Shown here one piece after another: positions 27,192 to 36,809 of a DNA stretch of 64,000 bases. A model generated the notes under the pieces. It made no database searches. It saw only the letters and a list, made by a program, of their open reading frames with translations, and was not told where the DNA came from. The stretch comes from Eubacteriales bacterium. GTDB lineage: Bacteria; Bacillota; Clostridia; Oscillospirales; CAG-272. Numbering within the stretch: position 1 is the stretch's first letter; each line of letters begins with the position of its first letter. The position numbers were made by a program, and so were the translations under genes. Where the stretch lies: positions 193,454 through 257,453 of the forward strand of contig JAZQXP010000066.1 of NCBI GenBank assembly GCA_045632925.1, given 5' to 3'.

Positions 27192-29582
27192 TTATTTAAG
27201 TAAGAGATTTGCCAGAATGAAGCTCGGAACTACCGAAAGGATCTGGAAAAGAACTATATAGAGTGAGGACATACCCGCAAGTGCGCCGACAACTCCGAGG
27301 AATACCGAAAGGAGTACACCGACGGCAAAGAGAACGATGCTTACGTTGACGCTAAGCTTCGAATAGATTCCGAAGAGCTTGCAAGCCTTGACAACATCAA
27401 GGATCGACTCGGGATTTTCGCCGTTTACGAGCACGCCGCCCTCGATCGTTCCGTCATCCTCCGCGGGAGCTTCGGATGCGGCGTCATAAGGCTTGCGGAC
27501 AAGAGTGAGCTTGCCGTCGAAGGTGCTTGTCAGGATGCGGGAGATGAGCTCGAGATTGATATTCGGGTCTACGGTACGCATAACGATTCTGGTCTTTGCA
27601 AGAGAAAGCTCGTTGATGACCGAAAGCATACTGTCCGAGATCCTGTAGGTGAGATAAAGCTTGAATACCTCGATTCCGTCGACCGCGATATGGAGCACGA
27701 CACCGCCGGGGTTGGAGGCGATGTATTTATCGTCATAGTATCTCATAACCGCAATGCCCTTGGAGGTAAGGTATGCGTCCGAGCCGACTGTATACTGTCT
27801 GCCGCCCGCGATGCCCTCGAATCCGCCGTCCTCAACGTGGATGACGGTTACGTCCTCGGGAATGTCACCCTCGGCTGTGGAGGCTCTGAATACGCCGGCG
27901 ATCCTGCCGCCGATGCGGTCATAGAGAGCGGAAACGCCGCACATAATGTCGAACACGTCCTGCATATGGTTCTTGTCGCAGACAGAGATACGGTTGATGG
28001 TAAGAGAGGTATCGTCAAATAGATCGGACTCCTCAAATACAACAGTATCGACCTTCTTGTACTCGCTGACGTCGGATTCGCTGAAGATCACCGAATCGGC
28101 GTTGAGATTCTTGGAAACGAGCGTGAAGAAGGGATAGCTCATTGCCACGAGCATAAAGGTGGGAAGGCTGAAGAGATTGACCGCGAGGAATGCATTGAAG
28201 GACTCGATAGCGGTCTTATCCGATGCAAGCGAGATAATAAATACGACAAGCGAGAGCGCAAATACGGGCGCGATGATGAAATTCAGCATCTTTGCCATCG
28301 GATTTCGGCGGTTGATACGTCTGAAATAGTTTTCGGCAAAGCTTCCGCGTCTCATACGGAATGCCTGACCGATCTTGTGCTCTGCCTCGCCTACTCGGTT
28401 TTCACCGAGCTCGGTTGCGAGAGCATTGGAATCAACTCTCTCGAGGGTGGCAACGCTCTGCCAGGACGAAAGCCTGTCGAAAACGTATACCTCGCGCTCG
28501 AGGACGAAATAGTCGTGGATCACTCCGAGAAGGAGACAGATCGCCGCGGGGAAATTATAGAGAGTAAATGCTTCAGGCGCAACGATCGCAAGCACGATAT
28601 CGTAAAGAACGGTAATTACTACAGCAGCGGCGCTGAGCGAATGTACTATCGGTTCAGCCTTGAATATCGAATTGATGCCGTAGAAGAGCTGTTTTACCGA
28701 GAACGCCGCAGCTATCATAAGAAGCTGGAGCGAAATAAGTATATGAACTACGGGATAAACTCCAACGTCAAGCACGCCGCCAAAGCTCTTGCCGAATGCA
28801 TCGTAAACAAAGAGCAGGAGCGCAAAGATAACGGTTCCGCCGAGGCGGATAAGCATCTTGAATCGGTCGCGAGAGTATGCTGACTTGATTGAAGACGCCT
28901 GCGCGTGCGACATATATTCCTTGCCCTCGTAGCCGTATGCGAGCGAGAGATCTGTGGTTTTGTTTCTTGTTACCGTGGGACGGTGTTCTGTCTTTGTAAT
29001 ATCATTAGCACCACCCTCGGTATATCCGAGAGCAGTAAGCAGAGTTGCAGTATCCTCGTCAATCTCGGGAGCGGGGGTGTCCTCTGCAGGTTCATCAGCA
29101 GGCTCTTCCTCGGCAAATGCGGGCTCTGCCTCATCCTCGTATTCGAGCTCTGCGGGCTCGGAATATTCGGGAATTTCTTCGGCGGGAGCTTCTTCTGCCT
29201 CGGGAAGCTCCTCGGGAACGTATTCCTCTGCGACCTCATCGGGTGCGACGTCAAAATCCTCCATCACGGGGATGTCAAACGCCTCAACTCCTTCTGTACC
29301 GGTATTGTCATCCTCGCCGAAAAGCTCGGCAAGGGCATCCGAGATATCTTCATCCGGGGTATCGCCCTCTTCGGTCATAGCTTCGGTAAGCCATGCCTCG
29401 TAATCATCGTTTTCGTTATCCGCAGGATCATTCTGCTCTACCGTGGTAGACTTATCGTCCTCATCGGTCATGATCTCGTCAAGACTAGCGGTCTCGTCAG
29501 CCTCAACTGCAGGCTCCTCCTGCTTTTTTTCCTTTGAGAACAGCTTGGAAAACAATGCATTTCTCTTGTTATCGTCTGCCAT
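27192..29582 (-). CDS. P-type-ATPase-like membrane protein with degenerate catalytic motifs and a long acidic N-terminal region
   Basis: ATG at 29582 (AAGGTGG SD). The track start is a GTG at 29594. VDTVVFEESDLF stands where DKTGT is expected and RIVMRTVDPN where TGDN is expected. The first ~190 aa are Asp/Glu-rich. Confidence 0.5.
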   Translation of the reverse strand: MADDNKRNALFSKLFSKEKKQEEPAVEADETASLDEIMTDEDDKSTTVEQNDPADNENDDYEAWLTEAMTEEGDTPDEDISDALAELFGEDDNTGTEGVEAFDIPVMEDFDVAPDEVAEEYVPEELPEAEEAPAEEIPEYSEPAELEYEDEAEPAFAEEEPADEPAEDTPAPEIDEDTATLLTALGYTEGGANDITKTEHRPTVTRNKTTDLSLAYGYEGKEYMSHAQASSIKSAYSRDRFKMLIRLGGTVIFALLLFVYDAFGKSFGGVLDVGVYPVVHILISLQLLMIAAAFSVKQLFYGINSIFKAEPIVHSLSAAAVVITVLYDIVLAIVAPEAFTLYNFPAAICLLLGVIHDYFVLEREVYVFDRLSSWQSVATLERVDSNALATELGENRVGEAEHKIGQAFRMRRGSFAENYFRRINRRNPMAKMLNFIIAPVFALSLVVFIISLASDKTAIESFNAFLAVNLFSLPTFMLVAMSYPFFTLVSKNLNADSVIFSESDVSEYKKVDTVVFEESDLFDDTSLTINRISVCDKNHMQDVFDIMCGVSALYDRIGGRIAGVFRASTAEGDIPEDVTVIHVEDGGFEGIAGGRQYTVGSDAYLTSKGIAVMRYYDDKYIASNPGGVVLHIAVDGIEVFKLYLTYRISDSMLSVINELSLAKTRIVMRTVDPNINLELISRILTSTFDGKLTLVRKPYDAASEAPAEDDGTIEGGVLVNGENPESILDVVKACKLFGIYSKLSVNVSIVLFAVGVLLSVFLGVVGALAGMSSLYIVLFQILSVVPSFILANLLLK

Positions 29583-29600
29583 ATTCACATCCACCTTTTT

Positions 29601-30410
29601 TTATTTTGCCGAATGCTTCTGTCTTGCCGCTTCGGTAAGAACCACCGCCGCAGCCGTTGAAACATTCATCGAGTTGACCTTTCCGTACATCGGGATCGAG
29701 ATCTTATAGTCGCTCTTTTCACAAACGAGACGGGAAACTCCGCGTCCCTCGCTTCCGAAAACGAATGCGGCGGCGCGGTTCATATCAACGCCGTAAAGCT
29801 CGTCTCCGTCCGCCTCAGCGGCGTAGACCCAAACGCCCGCCTCCTGAAGCTCCTCTATTGCCGCCGCGATGTTGACTACCTTCGCAACAGCCATATGCTC
29901 GAGCGCGCCTGCGGAGGATTTTGCCGCCGCGGGTGTAAGACCCGCCGCGCGTCTCTTCGGGATGATCACTCCGTGTGCTCCCGCGCATTCCGCGCATCTG
30001 ACGACTGCTCCGAGATTGTAAGGATCCTCAACGCCGTCAAGGATGACGATGAAGGGCTCCTCGCCTCTCTCCTCGGCGATCTTCAGAATATCAGCGACCT
30101 CGCAATACTCCTTCTCTGCCGCCATTGCAGCAACGCCCTGATGGTTTGCTCCTCCGCAAAGTGAATCGAGCTTCTCTCGCTCAACGTCAACGATCGGGAT
30201 GCCCTTCTCGGACGCCATTGCGATGATCTGGAGGACCGAGCCCTCTCGGTCACCCTTTCTGAGGTATATCTTATCAACCGCGCGATCTGTCTTGAGCAGC
30301 TCACGAACTTGATTTCTGCCGTAAACGATGCCCTCCGCTACCTCGCGGACTGCACCGCCCTCGCGGTTCAGCGGTTTTCTTCCGTGCTTGAAATTATTTC
30401 TGTTATCCAT
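29601..30410 (-). CDS. rlmB: 23S rRNA 2'-O-ribose methyltransferase (TrmH/SpoU family, RlmB-like)
   Basis: 269 aa. Substrate-binding N-domain plus SpoU motifs (ILDGVEDPYNLGAVVR, FVFGSEGRGVS, IPMYGKVNSMNVS). Confidence 0.8.
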   Translation of the reverse strand: MDNRNNFKHGRKPLNREGGAVREVAEGIVYGRNQVRELLKTDRAVDKIYLRKGDREGSVLQIIAMASEKGIPIVDVEREKLDSLCGGANHQGVAAMAAEKEYCEVADILKIAEERGEEPFIVILDGVEDPYNLGAVVRCAECAGAHGVIIPKRRAAGLTPAAAKSSAGALEHMAVAKVVNIAAAIEELQEAGVWVYAAEADGDELYGVDMNRAAAFVFGSEGRGVSRLVCEKSDYKISIPMYGKVNSMNVSTAAAVVLTEAARQKHSAK

Positions 30411-30425
30411 TATTTACTCCAATTC

Positions 30426-31466
30426 TCAGCGTGCGTTTCTCTTCTGCGCTCTTCCGAAATTGAGCGAGCCCTCGCTGAGGATATTTATATGGTCGAGCGC
30501 CTTGCCCGTACCTATTGCGACGCAAGAAATAGCGTCCTTTGCGACGTAAGTGTGTATTCCCGTCAGATCCGTAATAAGCTTATCGAACCCACGGAGAAGA
30601 GAGCCGCCTCCCGTCATAACGATGCCGTTATTGATGATATCGGCGACAAGCTCAGGATGTGTACGCTCTATTACCTGGCAAATAGCGTCAATGATCGCCG
30701 TGATCGGTCCAAGCAGAGCTTCAAGCATCTCATAATTGTTGAGGGTAACATACTTCGGCAGACCCTGCGCAAGGCAACGTCCCTTGACATCCATCTGCTC
30801 GAGGCGAGTAGGCTTGAATACTGTACCGAGTCTTATCTTGATGCTTTCGGCGGTTCTCTCTCCGATAAGAATATTATATTTCTGGCGCACGTAACGGATG
30901 ATAGCTTCGTCAAACTTATCCCCCGCTACTTTTATAGATTCGGAGACGACAACTCCCTCAAGGGAAATGACCGCGATATCTGTGGTTCCGCCACCAATAT
31001 CGACTACCATATGTCCGCTCGGTGCAGAGATATCTATACCCGCTCCGATTGCCGCCGCAACCGGCTCTTCGATCAGATACGCGGCGCGCGCACCCGCATT
31101 TCTTACGGCATCCTCAACCGCACGTTCTTCCACCTCGGTGATTCCCGAAGGAACGCATATAACTACTCTCGGGGGAACGAGGAGCGGCCCGCAGGCTCTG
31201 CGGAGGAAATACTGCAGCATTTCAAGCGTTCTGTCATACTGGCTGATAACTCCGTCACGCAGAGGACGTACCGTTACAATGTTCGCGGGAGTGCGCCCGA
31301 TCATCATCTGCGCTTCCCTTCCGAACGCGATTATTTCATCTGTATCAAGATCGACTGCAACGACAGAAGGCTCGGAAAGCACGATGCCCTTGCCCTTTAC
31401 GTAAACAAGACAGCTCGCAGTCCCGAGGTCGATTCCTATATCCTTTCTAAGCGATAAATTCAACAT
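30426..31466 (-). CDS. mreB: rod-shape determining actin homologue MreB/Mbl
   Basis: 346 aa. DIGIDLGTASCLVY, VVDIGGGTTD and MTGGGSLLRG motifs. Confidence 0.85.
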   Translation of the reverse strand: MLNLSLRKDIGIDLGTASCLVYVKGKGIVLSEPSVVAVDLDTDEIIAFGREAQMMIGRTPANIVTVRPLRDGVISQYDRTLEMLQYFLRRACGPLLVPPRVVICVPSGITEVEERAVEDAVRNAGARAAYLIEEPVAAAIGAGIDISAPSGHMVVDIGGGTTDIAVISLEGVVVSESIKVAGDKFDEAIIRYVRQKYNILIGERTAESIKIRLGTVFKPTRLEQMDVKGRCLAQGLPKYVTLNNYEMLEALLGPITAIIDAICQVIERTHPELVADIINNGIVMTGGGSLLRGFDKLITDLTGIHTYVAKDAISCVAIGTGKALDHINILSEGSLNFGRAQKRNAR

Positions 31467-31514
31467 CTATATTCTCCACGGCATATTGCCGCTATTTTAT
31501 ATTAATACATAATA

Positions 31515-31543
31515 ATTATACTATATTCGACGAAAAAATGCAA
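31515..31543 (-). promoter_or_regulatory. promoter of mreB
   Basis: On the minus strand: TTGCAT, 17 nt spacer, TATAAT. Confidence 0.55.
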
Positions 31544-31582
31544 CCGTTTTCATAAAATATTATCAAATTTTCTTCGGATTTT

Positions 31583-31676
31583 TTAGAGTGACAAGAATAA
31601 TCCGAACAAGTTTTTTGGCGACAAATATTAGCCATCAGTTCGTTAAACGCCTTGATAGTATTAATTGTCACTCTAA
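31583..31676. mobile_element. MITE-like 94-nt element, copy A
   Basis: Perfect 12-nt terminal inverted repeats TTAGAGTGACAA / TTGTCACTCTAA. The 78-nt core 31588-31665 is 74/78 identical to 35149-35226. Confidence 0.5.
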
Positions 31677-31677
31677 T

Positions 31678-31709
31678 CAAAACAAAGCAGGCACCGCGGT
31701 ACCTGCTTA
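31678..31709 (-). terminator. terminator after comFC
   Basis: On the minus strand: aagcaggtac-cgcg-gtgcctgctt followed by TGTTTTG. The stem starts inside the stop codon. Confidence 0.75.
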
Positions 31710-32462
31710 AAATTTTGACCTGTCCGATTTTGCGAGGCAAACGCACGCGACGTAAGCGGCGCCGGCTTCATAGAGGAGCTTTGCCGCCTCGCTTACGGTT
31801 GCTCCCGTTGTCACGAGATCGTCAACGAGAATGACGTTCTTGCCCACAACCTCGCTCGGTTTTCTGACCGAAAACATACCCTTGACATTCTCGATTCGTT
31901 CGTCAATATTCAGATATTTCTGCTGTTTTCCGTGCTTGAGTCTGCGCAAAAGCGACGTGTGACGGAAGCCCGATCTCTTCCCGATCGCCTGTGCAAGATG
32001 CTTTGCCTGATCGTGTCCGTCGCGCGCGATCATCTTGCGGCTTCGCGGAATATGCGTTACAATAGTATTCTCCCTTGTAAGCGAACGCGCGGCGGCAAGT
32101 TTACCTATCGGTTGCGAAAGAATTGCCGCAAAATACGAAAAAGCAAGTCCGTCGGGAATATGCTTGAGCCTTTTGATGATCCTGTTGAGTGCGGAATCAC
32201 GCATTTCGGAGTCGTAAAAAGCATATTTGATGAGCAGGTCGACGCCGTTGTTCTTCATTATCAACGGTGCACAGACGCAATCGCGCGCAAATGAATTGCA
32301 CTCACGGCAGATAAGGAGATGCGAGCGTTTGAGATCATTCTCGCAATCGCGGCACAAAACTCCCTCTCCGTGCGTATTCATCTCACCGCAGGCGATGCAT
32401 CTCTCACCCGCGACGATGCACCGAAGCCAAAGCCTCAGCTTTGTTATCGGATACATTTTCAT
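31707..32462 (-). CDS. comFC: ComF-family phosphoribosyltransferase-like protein
   Basis: 251 aa. N-terminal Cys4 cluster (CIACG...CRDC) and PRTase motif VILVDDLVTTGATV. Confidence 0.75.
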   Translation of the reverse strand: MKMYPITKLRLWLRCIVAGERCIACGEMNTHGEGVLCRDCENDLKRSHLLICRECNSFARDCVCAPLIMKNNGVDLLIKYAFYDSEMRDSALNRIIKRLKHIPDGLAFSYFAAILSQPIGKLAAARSLTRENTIVTHIPRSRKMIARDGHDQAKHLAQAIGKRSGFRHTSLLRRLKHGKQQKYLNIDERIENVKGMFSVRKPSEVVGKNVILVDDLVTTGATVSEAAKLLYEAGAAYVACVCLAKSDRSKF

Positions 32463-34798
32463 TTTCCGGATACCTCGGATAGTCTTCTCGAAAGACCTGT
32501 ATAGCGCAATGCCGAGCGCATTCCGCCGACCATTGACTCAACGGTCGACTCAAAGCCAACTACGATCACGCGCTTCTGCGCACGTGTTACGGCGGTATAG
32601 AGCAGATTTCTCGTACAGAGCATTGGAGGCACACTTCCGAGCGGTATTACGACCGTCGGATACTCGCTTCCCTGGCTCTTATGAACCGTCACGCAATAAG
32701 CGAGCTCAAGATCCTCGAGGTCGGCAAAGTCATAGAAGACCTCGCGCGAATCAAAGTCGATCTCAATATATTTTTCGGGAATATTGATGTCCTTGATCTT
32801 TCCGATGTCGCCGTTGAATATTCCCATCCCGAGCTTGCCGAAGCGTGTCCATTCAAGCTCGTAATTGTTGCGCACCTGCATAACTCTGTCGCCCGTGCGG
32901 AACAGGGTATCTCTGAATTTATATTCCTTTTTTCCTCTTCCCTGCGGATTGATCGCGGCTTGCAGGACAGAATTGAGCTTGTCTGTGCCCGAATTTCCGC
33001 GTCTTGTCGGCGAGATCACCTGTATACCCTCGGGATCACCGTATGCGCGCGGAAGTCGCTCTGCGCAAAGGCTTGCGACCGTTGACGCGATCTGCGCATC
33101 GGTCTCACGGGGCATAAAGAAGAAATCGCGGTCCTTGACGTCAAGCCTCGGCATTTCGCCACGGTTGATGGCGTGAGCGTTTGTTACGATCAGAGATTCC
33201 TCGGCTTGTCTGAAGATCTTCGACAATCTGATCGAAGGGAGACTCTCCGAATCGAGTATGTCGCAAAGGACTCTGCCCGCTCCGACAGAGGGAAGCTGAT
33301 CGGCGTCTCCGATAAGGACTATTCTCGCGCCCGGTCTGATCGCCTTGAGAAGTGCGGTCATAAGCGCGGTATCGATCATAGAAGCCTCATCTATGATTAT
33401 CGCGTCCTCGTCGAGGTAATTATTCTCTCCGCGCTTGAAGACGAGAGGTGCGCTGTCATCGCGCTTCGATGACGTATCCCCGTCACCGAAATCGACCTCG
33501 AGCAGACGATGGATCGTCTTTGCCTCGCGCCCCGTTGCTTCGCTCATTCGCTTTGCGGCACGTCCCGTGGGCGCGGCAAGAGCGACCTCGAGCCCGAGGC
33601 ACTCAAAAATATTTATGATAGCGGTAACAACGGTGGTCTTACCCGTACCCGGTCCGCCCGTAAGCACGAGAACGCCGCTCGTCATCGCGTTAAAAATTGC
33701 TTTTTTCTGCTCATCAGCATACTCAATACGGTTCTGCGCCTCCTCCTTGCGGACAAAAGCTTCGATATCCTTGAAATCGAGGGGAGCCGAGCCACGCTTG
33801 AGTCGCCAGAGCTTTTCGGCGATGTATCTTTCGTTTTTATACTGAAGCGACTCGTAGATATAGGTGTCCTCGCCTACCTTTTCGGAGAAAAGTCTGCCCT
33901 TCATAACGAGCTTATCCGCCTCTGCAGATACGGCTTCGGGAGCAACCCCAAGGAGGCTTGATGCCGCTTCTATAAGCTTTTCGCGCGGCAGACAGGTATG
34001 TCCGTTCTGTATGCCGTTGAAATTCAGGATATACACGATTCCCGCGCCGATTCTTTCGTTTGAATCCTGCGCAAGACCGAGCTTCTGCGCCATTGCGTCG
34101 GCTTTATCGAATCCGATCCCGCGAACCTCCTCGCAGAGTCGGTAGGGATTATCGCGCGCGATGCTGACGGAATGCTTACCGAAGCATTTGTATATCTTCA
34201 TAGTGGTCGCGGGGCCGAAATACTCTCTGAAAAACGTTACGGTTGCGCGGATGTCGGATTTTGACTTGAATTCCTCGGATATTTCCATTGCGCGCTTGGG
34301 AGTGATGCCCGGAAGACGCGCGAGCCAATCGGGATGGTTTTCTATGACGTCGACGGTATCGGTGCCGAATTCTTCGACGATCTTTCTCGCAGTCTTGGCG
34401 CGAATACCCTTGATCGCACCCGATGCAAGATAACGCTCGATATCTGCAGCCTCAGTCGGCATTTCGGTCATATATTCAAGCACGCGGTACTGCTTGCCGT
34501 AGCGCGCATTGTTTTCCCATTTGCCCGAGACGGTAACGCGGTCACCCTCATCGACTCCCGGCATAATTCCGACGATATTGACAAGCTCATCCTCATCGCT
34601 GATAACGGTGGCAACGATGTATCCGTTATCGTCGTTGCGATAGAGAATGCCCTCTACGGTACCCTTGATCTGATTCTGACGGCTTTTATCGTCCTTGGAG
34701 GCTTCCTGCCTTCCGCCCAAAGAAAGGCTGTCAACAAAGCCGTCAAAGCCGCCTGCGCCGTATTCGTTTTTATTGCTCATTTTGCCTTTCCTTTTCAT
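32459..34798 (-). CDS. recD2: RecD2-type SF1B 5'-3' DNA helicase
   Basis: 779 aa. Walker A GGPGTGKTT, IIIDEASMID, LIGDADQLPSVG and VTVHKSQGSEY motifs. Confidence 0.85.
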   Translation of the reverse strand: MKRKGKMSNKNEYGAGGFDGFVDSLSLGGRQEASKDDKSRQNQIKGTVEGILYRNDDNGYIVATVISDEDELVNIVGIMPGVDEGDRVTVSGKWENNARYGKQYRVLEYMTEMPTEAADIERYLASGAIKGIRAKTARKIVEEFGTDTVDVIENHPDWLARLPGITPKRAMEISEEFKSKSDIRATVTFFREYFGPATTMKIYKCFGKHSVSIARDNPYRLCEEVRGIGFDKADAMAQKLGLAQDSNERIGAGIVYILNFNGIQNGHTCLPREKLIEAASSLLGVAPEAVSAEADKLVMKGRLFSEKVGEDTYIYESLQYKNERYIAEKLWRLKRGSAPLDFKDIEAFVRKEEAQNRIEYADEQKKAIFNAMTSGVLVLTGGPGTGKTTVVTAIINIFECLGLEVALAAPTGRAAKRMSEATGREAKTIHRLLEVDFGDGDTSSKRDDSAPLVFKRGENNYLDEDAIIIDEASMIDTALMTALLKAIRPGARIVLIGDADQLPSVGAGRVLCDILDSESLPSIRLSKIFRQAEESLIVTNAHAINRGEMPRLDVKDRDFFFMPRETDAQIASTVASLCAERLPRAYGDPEGIQVISPTRRGNSGTDKLNSVLQAAINPQGRGKKEYKFRDTLFRTGDRVMQVRNNYELEWTRFGKLGMGIFNGDIGKIKDINIPEKYIEIDFDSREVFYDFADLEDLELAYCVTVHKSQGSEYPTVVIPLGSVPPMLCTRNLLYTAVTRAQKRVIVVGFESTVESMVGGMRSALRYTGLSRRLSEVSGK

Positions 34799-35090
34799 AA
34801 ACTATTCGGACGTCGAAAAGTCCGAGTGAATCGAGCTCGCGTCGGAGTCTGCGAGAAGCCTCGCCTTCCTCGGGAAGCAGAAGCAGGATTTCTCCTCGGT
34901 TACATATGATCGCCTTCCTTGCGTTTTCGCAAAGCGCGGCGACCTCCTTGATATTTTCGCATCCGTTCAATCTGACGATGGGTCTCGGACGGGCGTTCTT
35001 CGGGGTCATAAAGCCGTCGGCTATGAATTTCATAGCGCAAAAGAGTCCCCATGCCGCAAAGCCCGAAACAATAAGATCCAAAACCAACAT
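34770..35090 (-). CDS. hypothetical small protein with an N-terminal TM helix
   Basis: 106 aa. GGGAGGGG SD 6 nt from the ATG. The 3' end overlaps the recD2 start. Confidence 0.4.
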   Translation of the reverse strand: MLVLDLIVSGFAAWGLFCAMKFIADGFMTPKNARPRPIVRLNGCENIKEVAALCENARKAIICNRGEILLLLPEEGEASRRLRRELDSLGLFDVRIVYEKERQNEQ

Positions 35091-35144
35091 ACCGCACCCC
35101 TCCCGATATTATCATATACAGGGGTGCGGTATTGTGTTACGGAT

Positions 35145-35418
35145 TAGGGTGACAAAAATAATCCGAACAAGTTTTTTGGCGACAAATATTCGCCATCAGT
35201 TCGTCAAACGCCTTGATTGTATTAATATACTATCTTCGGCGTTTTCCTGCTGCTGACAAATATTTGTCAGCCAAAAAATCTCCGACCCGCGAGCCTTAAT
35301 TTTTAGGTGATTTTTGGTGCGGAGGACGACGCAATGTATTAACCTTGCTAGGACGACAATCCGAAAAGCACCAAAAATTATGGCTCACGGGCTAGTTCGC
35401 ATTATTCTTGTCACCCTA
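35145..35418. mobile_element. composite MITE-like element (copies B1 and inverted B2)
   Basis: Outer inverted repeats tagggtgacaaaaataatccgaac (35145-35168) and the reverse complement of 35395-35418 match at 22/24 positions. B1 core is 35149-35226. B2 is inverted, more diverged, and carries a ~115-nt insert. Confidence 0.5.
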
Positions 35419-36603
35419 CAGCAGTTCTGCTTTGAGGACTTCAGCGAGGTCACGGCGTTCCCAGGGAGCATCGAGGTCTTCTCTTCCCATATGACCGTAA
35501 GCCGCGAGCTTGGAGTAGATGGGTCTGCGGAGACCGAAACGCTCGATGATAGCGGCGGGTCTGAGGTCGAAGTTGCGGTTAAGTGCATCAGCGATCTTAT
35601 CCTCATCAACCTTTGCGGTGCCGAATGTATCAACGAGAACGGATACGGGGCGCGCAACGCCGATCGCGTAAGCTACCTGGATCTCACAGCGGTCTGCGAG
35701 TCCTGCGGCAACTACGTTCTTTGCAAGATATCTTGCGGCATAGCAAGCGGAACGGTCGACCTTTGTCGGGTCCTTACCCGAGAAAGCGCCGCCGCCGTGG
35801 CGAGCGTATCCGCCGTAAGTATCAACGATGATCTTACGTCCGGTAAGTCCGCTGTCGCCCATAGGTCCGCCGATAACGAAGCGTCCTGTGGGGTTGACGA
35901 AGATATTGGTGTTCTCATCAAGAAGCTCTGCGGGAACTGTGGGCTTAATAACGTGCTCGAGGATATCCTCGCGGATCTGCTCGAGAGTTACAGCCGCGTC
36001 GTGCTGAGAGGATACGACAACGGTATCAACGCGAACGGGCTTGTCGTCCTCGTACTCAACGGTGACCTGAGTCTTACCGTCGGGACGGAGGTACTTGAGA
36101 GTGCCTTCCTTACGAACGTCGGTCAGCTTCTTTGCCATCTTGTGCGCAAGAGAAATGGGCAGGGGCATAAGCTCGGGAGTCTCGTTACAAGCGTAACCGA
36201 ACATAAGACCCTGGTCACCCGCGCCTGTGTCATATTCGTCAACGATCTCGCCGTTTTTAGCTTCGAGAGCCTTGTCTACGCCGAGAGCGATGTCGGGAGA
36301 CTGACCGTGGAGAGACGAGATAACAGCACAGCTGTCGCAGTCGAAGCCGTACTTTGCGCGGTCGTAGCCGATCTCGCGTACTGTCTCACGTGCGATGGTC
36401 TGAAGATCTGCGTATCCGTTTGTGGTAACCTCACCCATAACGACGATGAGACCCGTGGTGCAGCTTACCTCGCAAGCAACACGGGACATAGGGTCCTGCG
36501 CAAGAAGATTGTCAAGGACGGCATCCGAGATCATATCGCAGATCTTATCGGGATGGCCCTCGGTAACAGACTCGGATGTAAAAAGTCTACGTTTCTTTTC
36601 CAT
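35416..36603 (-). CDS. metK: S-adenosylmethionine synthase
   Basis: 395 aa. [18 protein letters not shown] and [12 protein letters not shown] motifs. Confidence 0.95.
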   Translation of the reverse strand: MEKKRRLFTSESVTEGHPDKICDMISDAVLDNLLAQDPMSRVACEVSCTTGLIVVMGEVTTNGYADLQTIARETVREIGYDRAKYGFDCDSCAVISSLHGQSPDIALGVDKALEAKNGEIVDEYDTGAGDQGLMFGYACNETPELMPLPISLAHKMAKKLTDVRKEGTLKYLRPDGKTQVTVEYEDDKPVRVDTVVVSSQHDAAVTLEQIREDILEHVIKPTVPAELLDENTNIFVNPTGRFVIGGPMGDSGLTGRKIIVDTYGGYARHGGGAFSGKDPTKVDRSACYAARYLAKNVVAAGLADRCEIQVAYAIGVARPVSVLVDTFGTAKVDEDKIADALNRNFDLRPAAIIERFGLRRPIYSKLAAYGHMGREDLDAPWERRDLAEVLKAELL

Positions 36604-36618
36604 AATTTTTCCTTTCTC

Positions 36619-36740
36619 AAAAAAGAGACCTCGTTCAGACGAGGCCTCAAAAACTCATCTGTCAGGATTTAGCACCTTGCCTTGCGGCAGGTTGCTGCAA
36701 CGTCATAGGGCCTGTCCCTCGGTTGCTCTTGATAAGATCT
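36619..36740 (-). promoter_or_regulatory. SAM-I (S-box) riboswitch with terminator
   Basis: Minus strand: aucuuaucaagagcaaccgagggacaggcccuaugacguugcagcaaccugccgcaaggcaaggugcuaaauccugacagaugag. This is followed by the gaggccucgu-cuga-acgaggucuc stem and UUUUUU. Confidence 0.9.
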
Positions 36741-36765
36741 CTATGTTTACTTATTTTAGCAATAC

Positions 36766-36794
36766 ATTATATCACGTATAGATTAAAATGTCAA
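36766..36794 (-). promoter_or_regulatory. promoter of the SAM riboswitch-metK unit
   Basis: On the minus strand: TTGACA, 17 nt spacer, TATAAT. Confidence 0.65.
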
Positions 36795-36809
36795 TACCTT
36801 TTTGACAAA

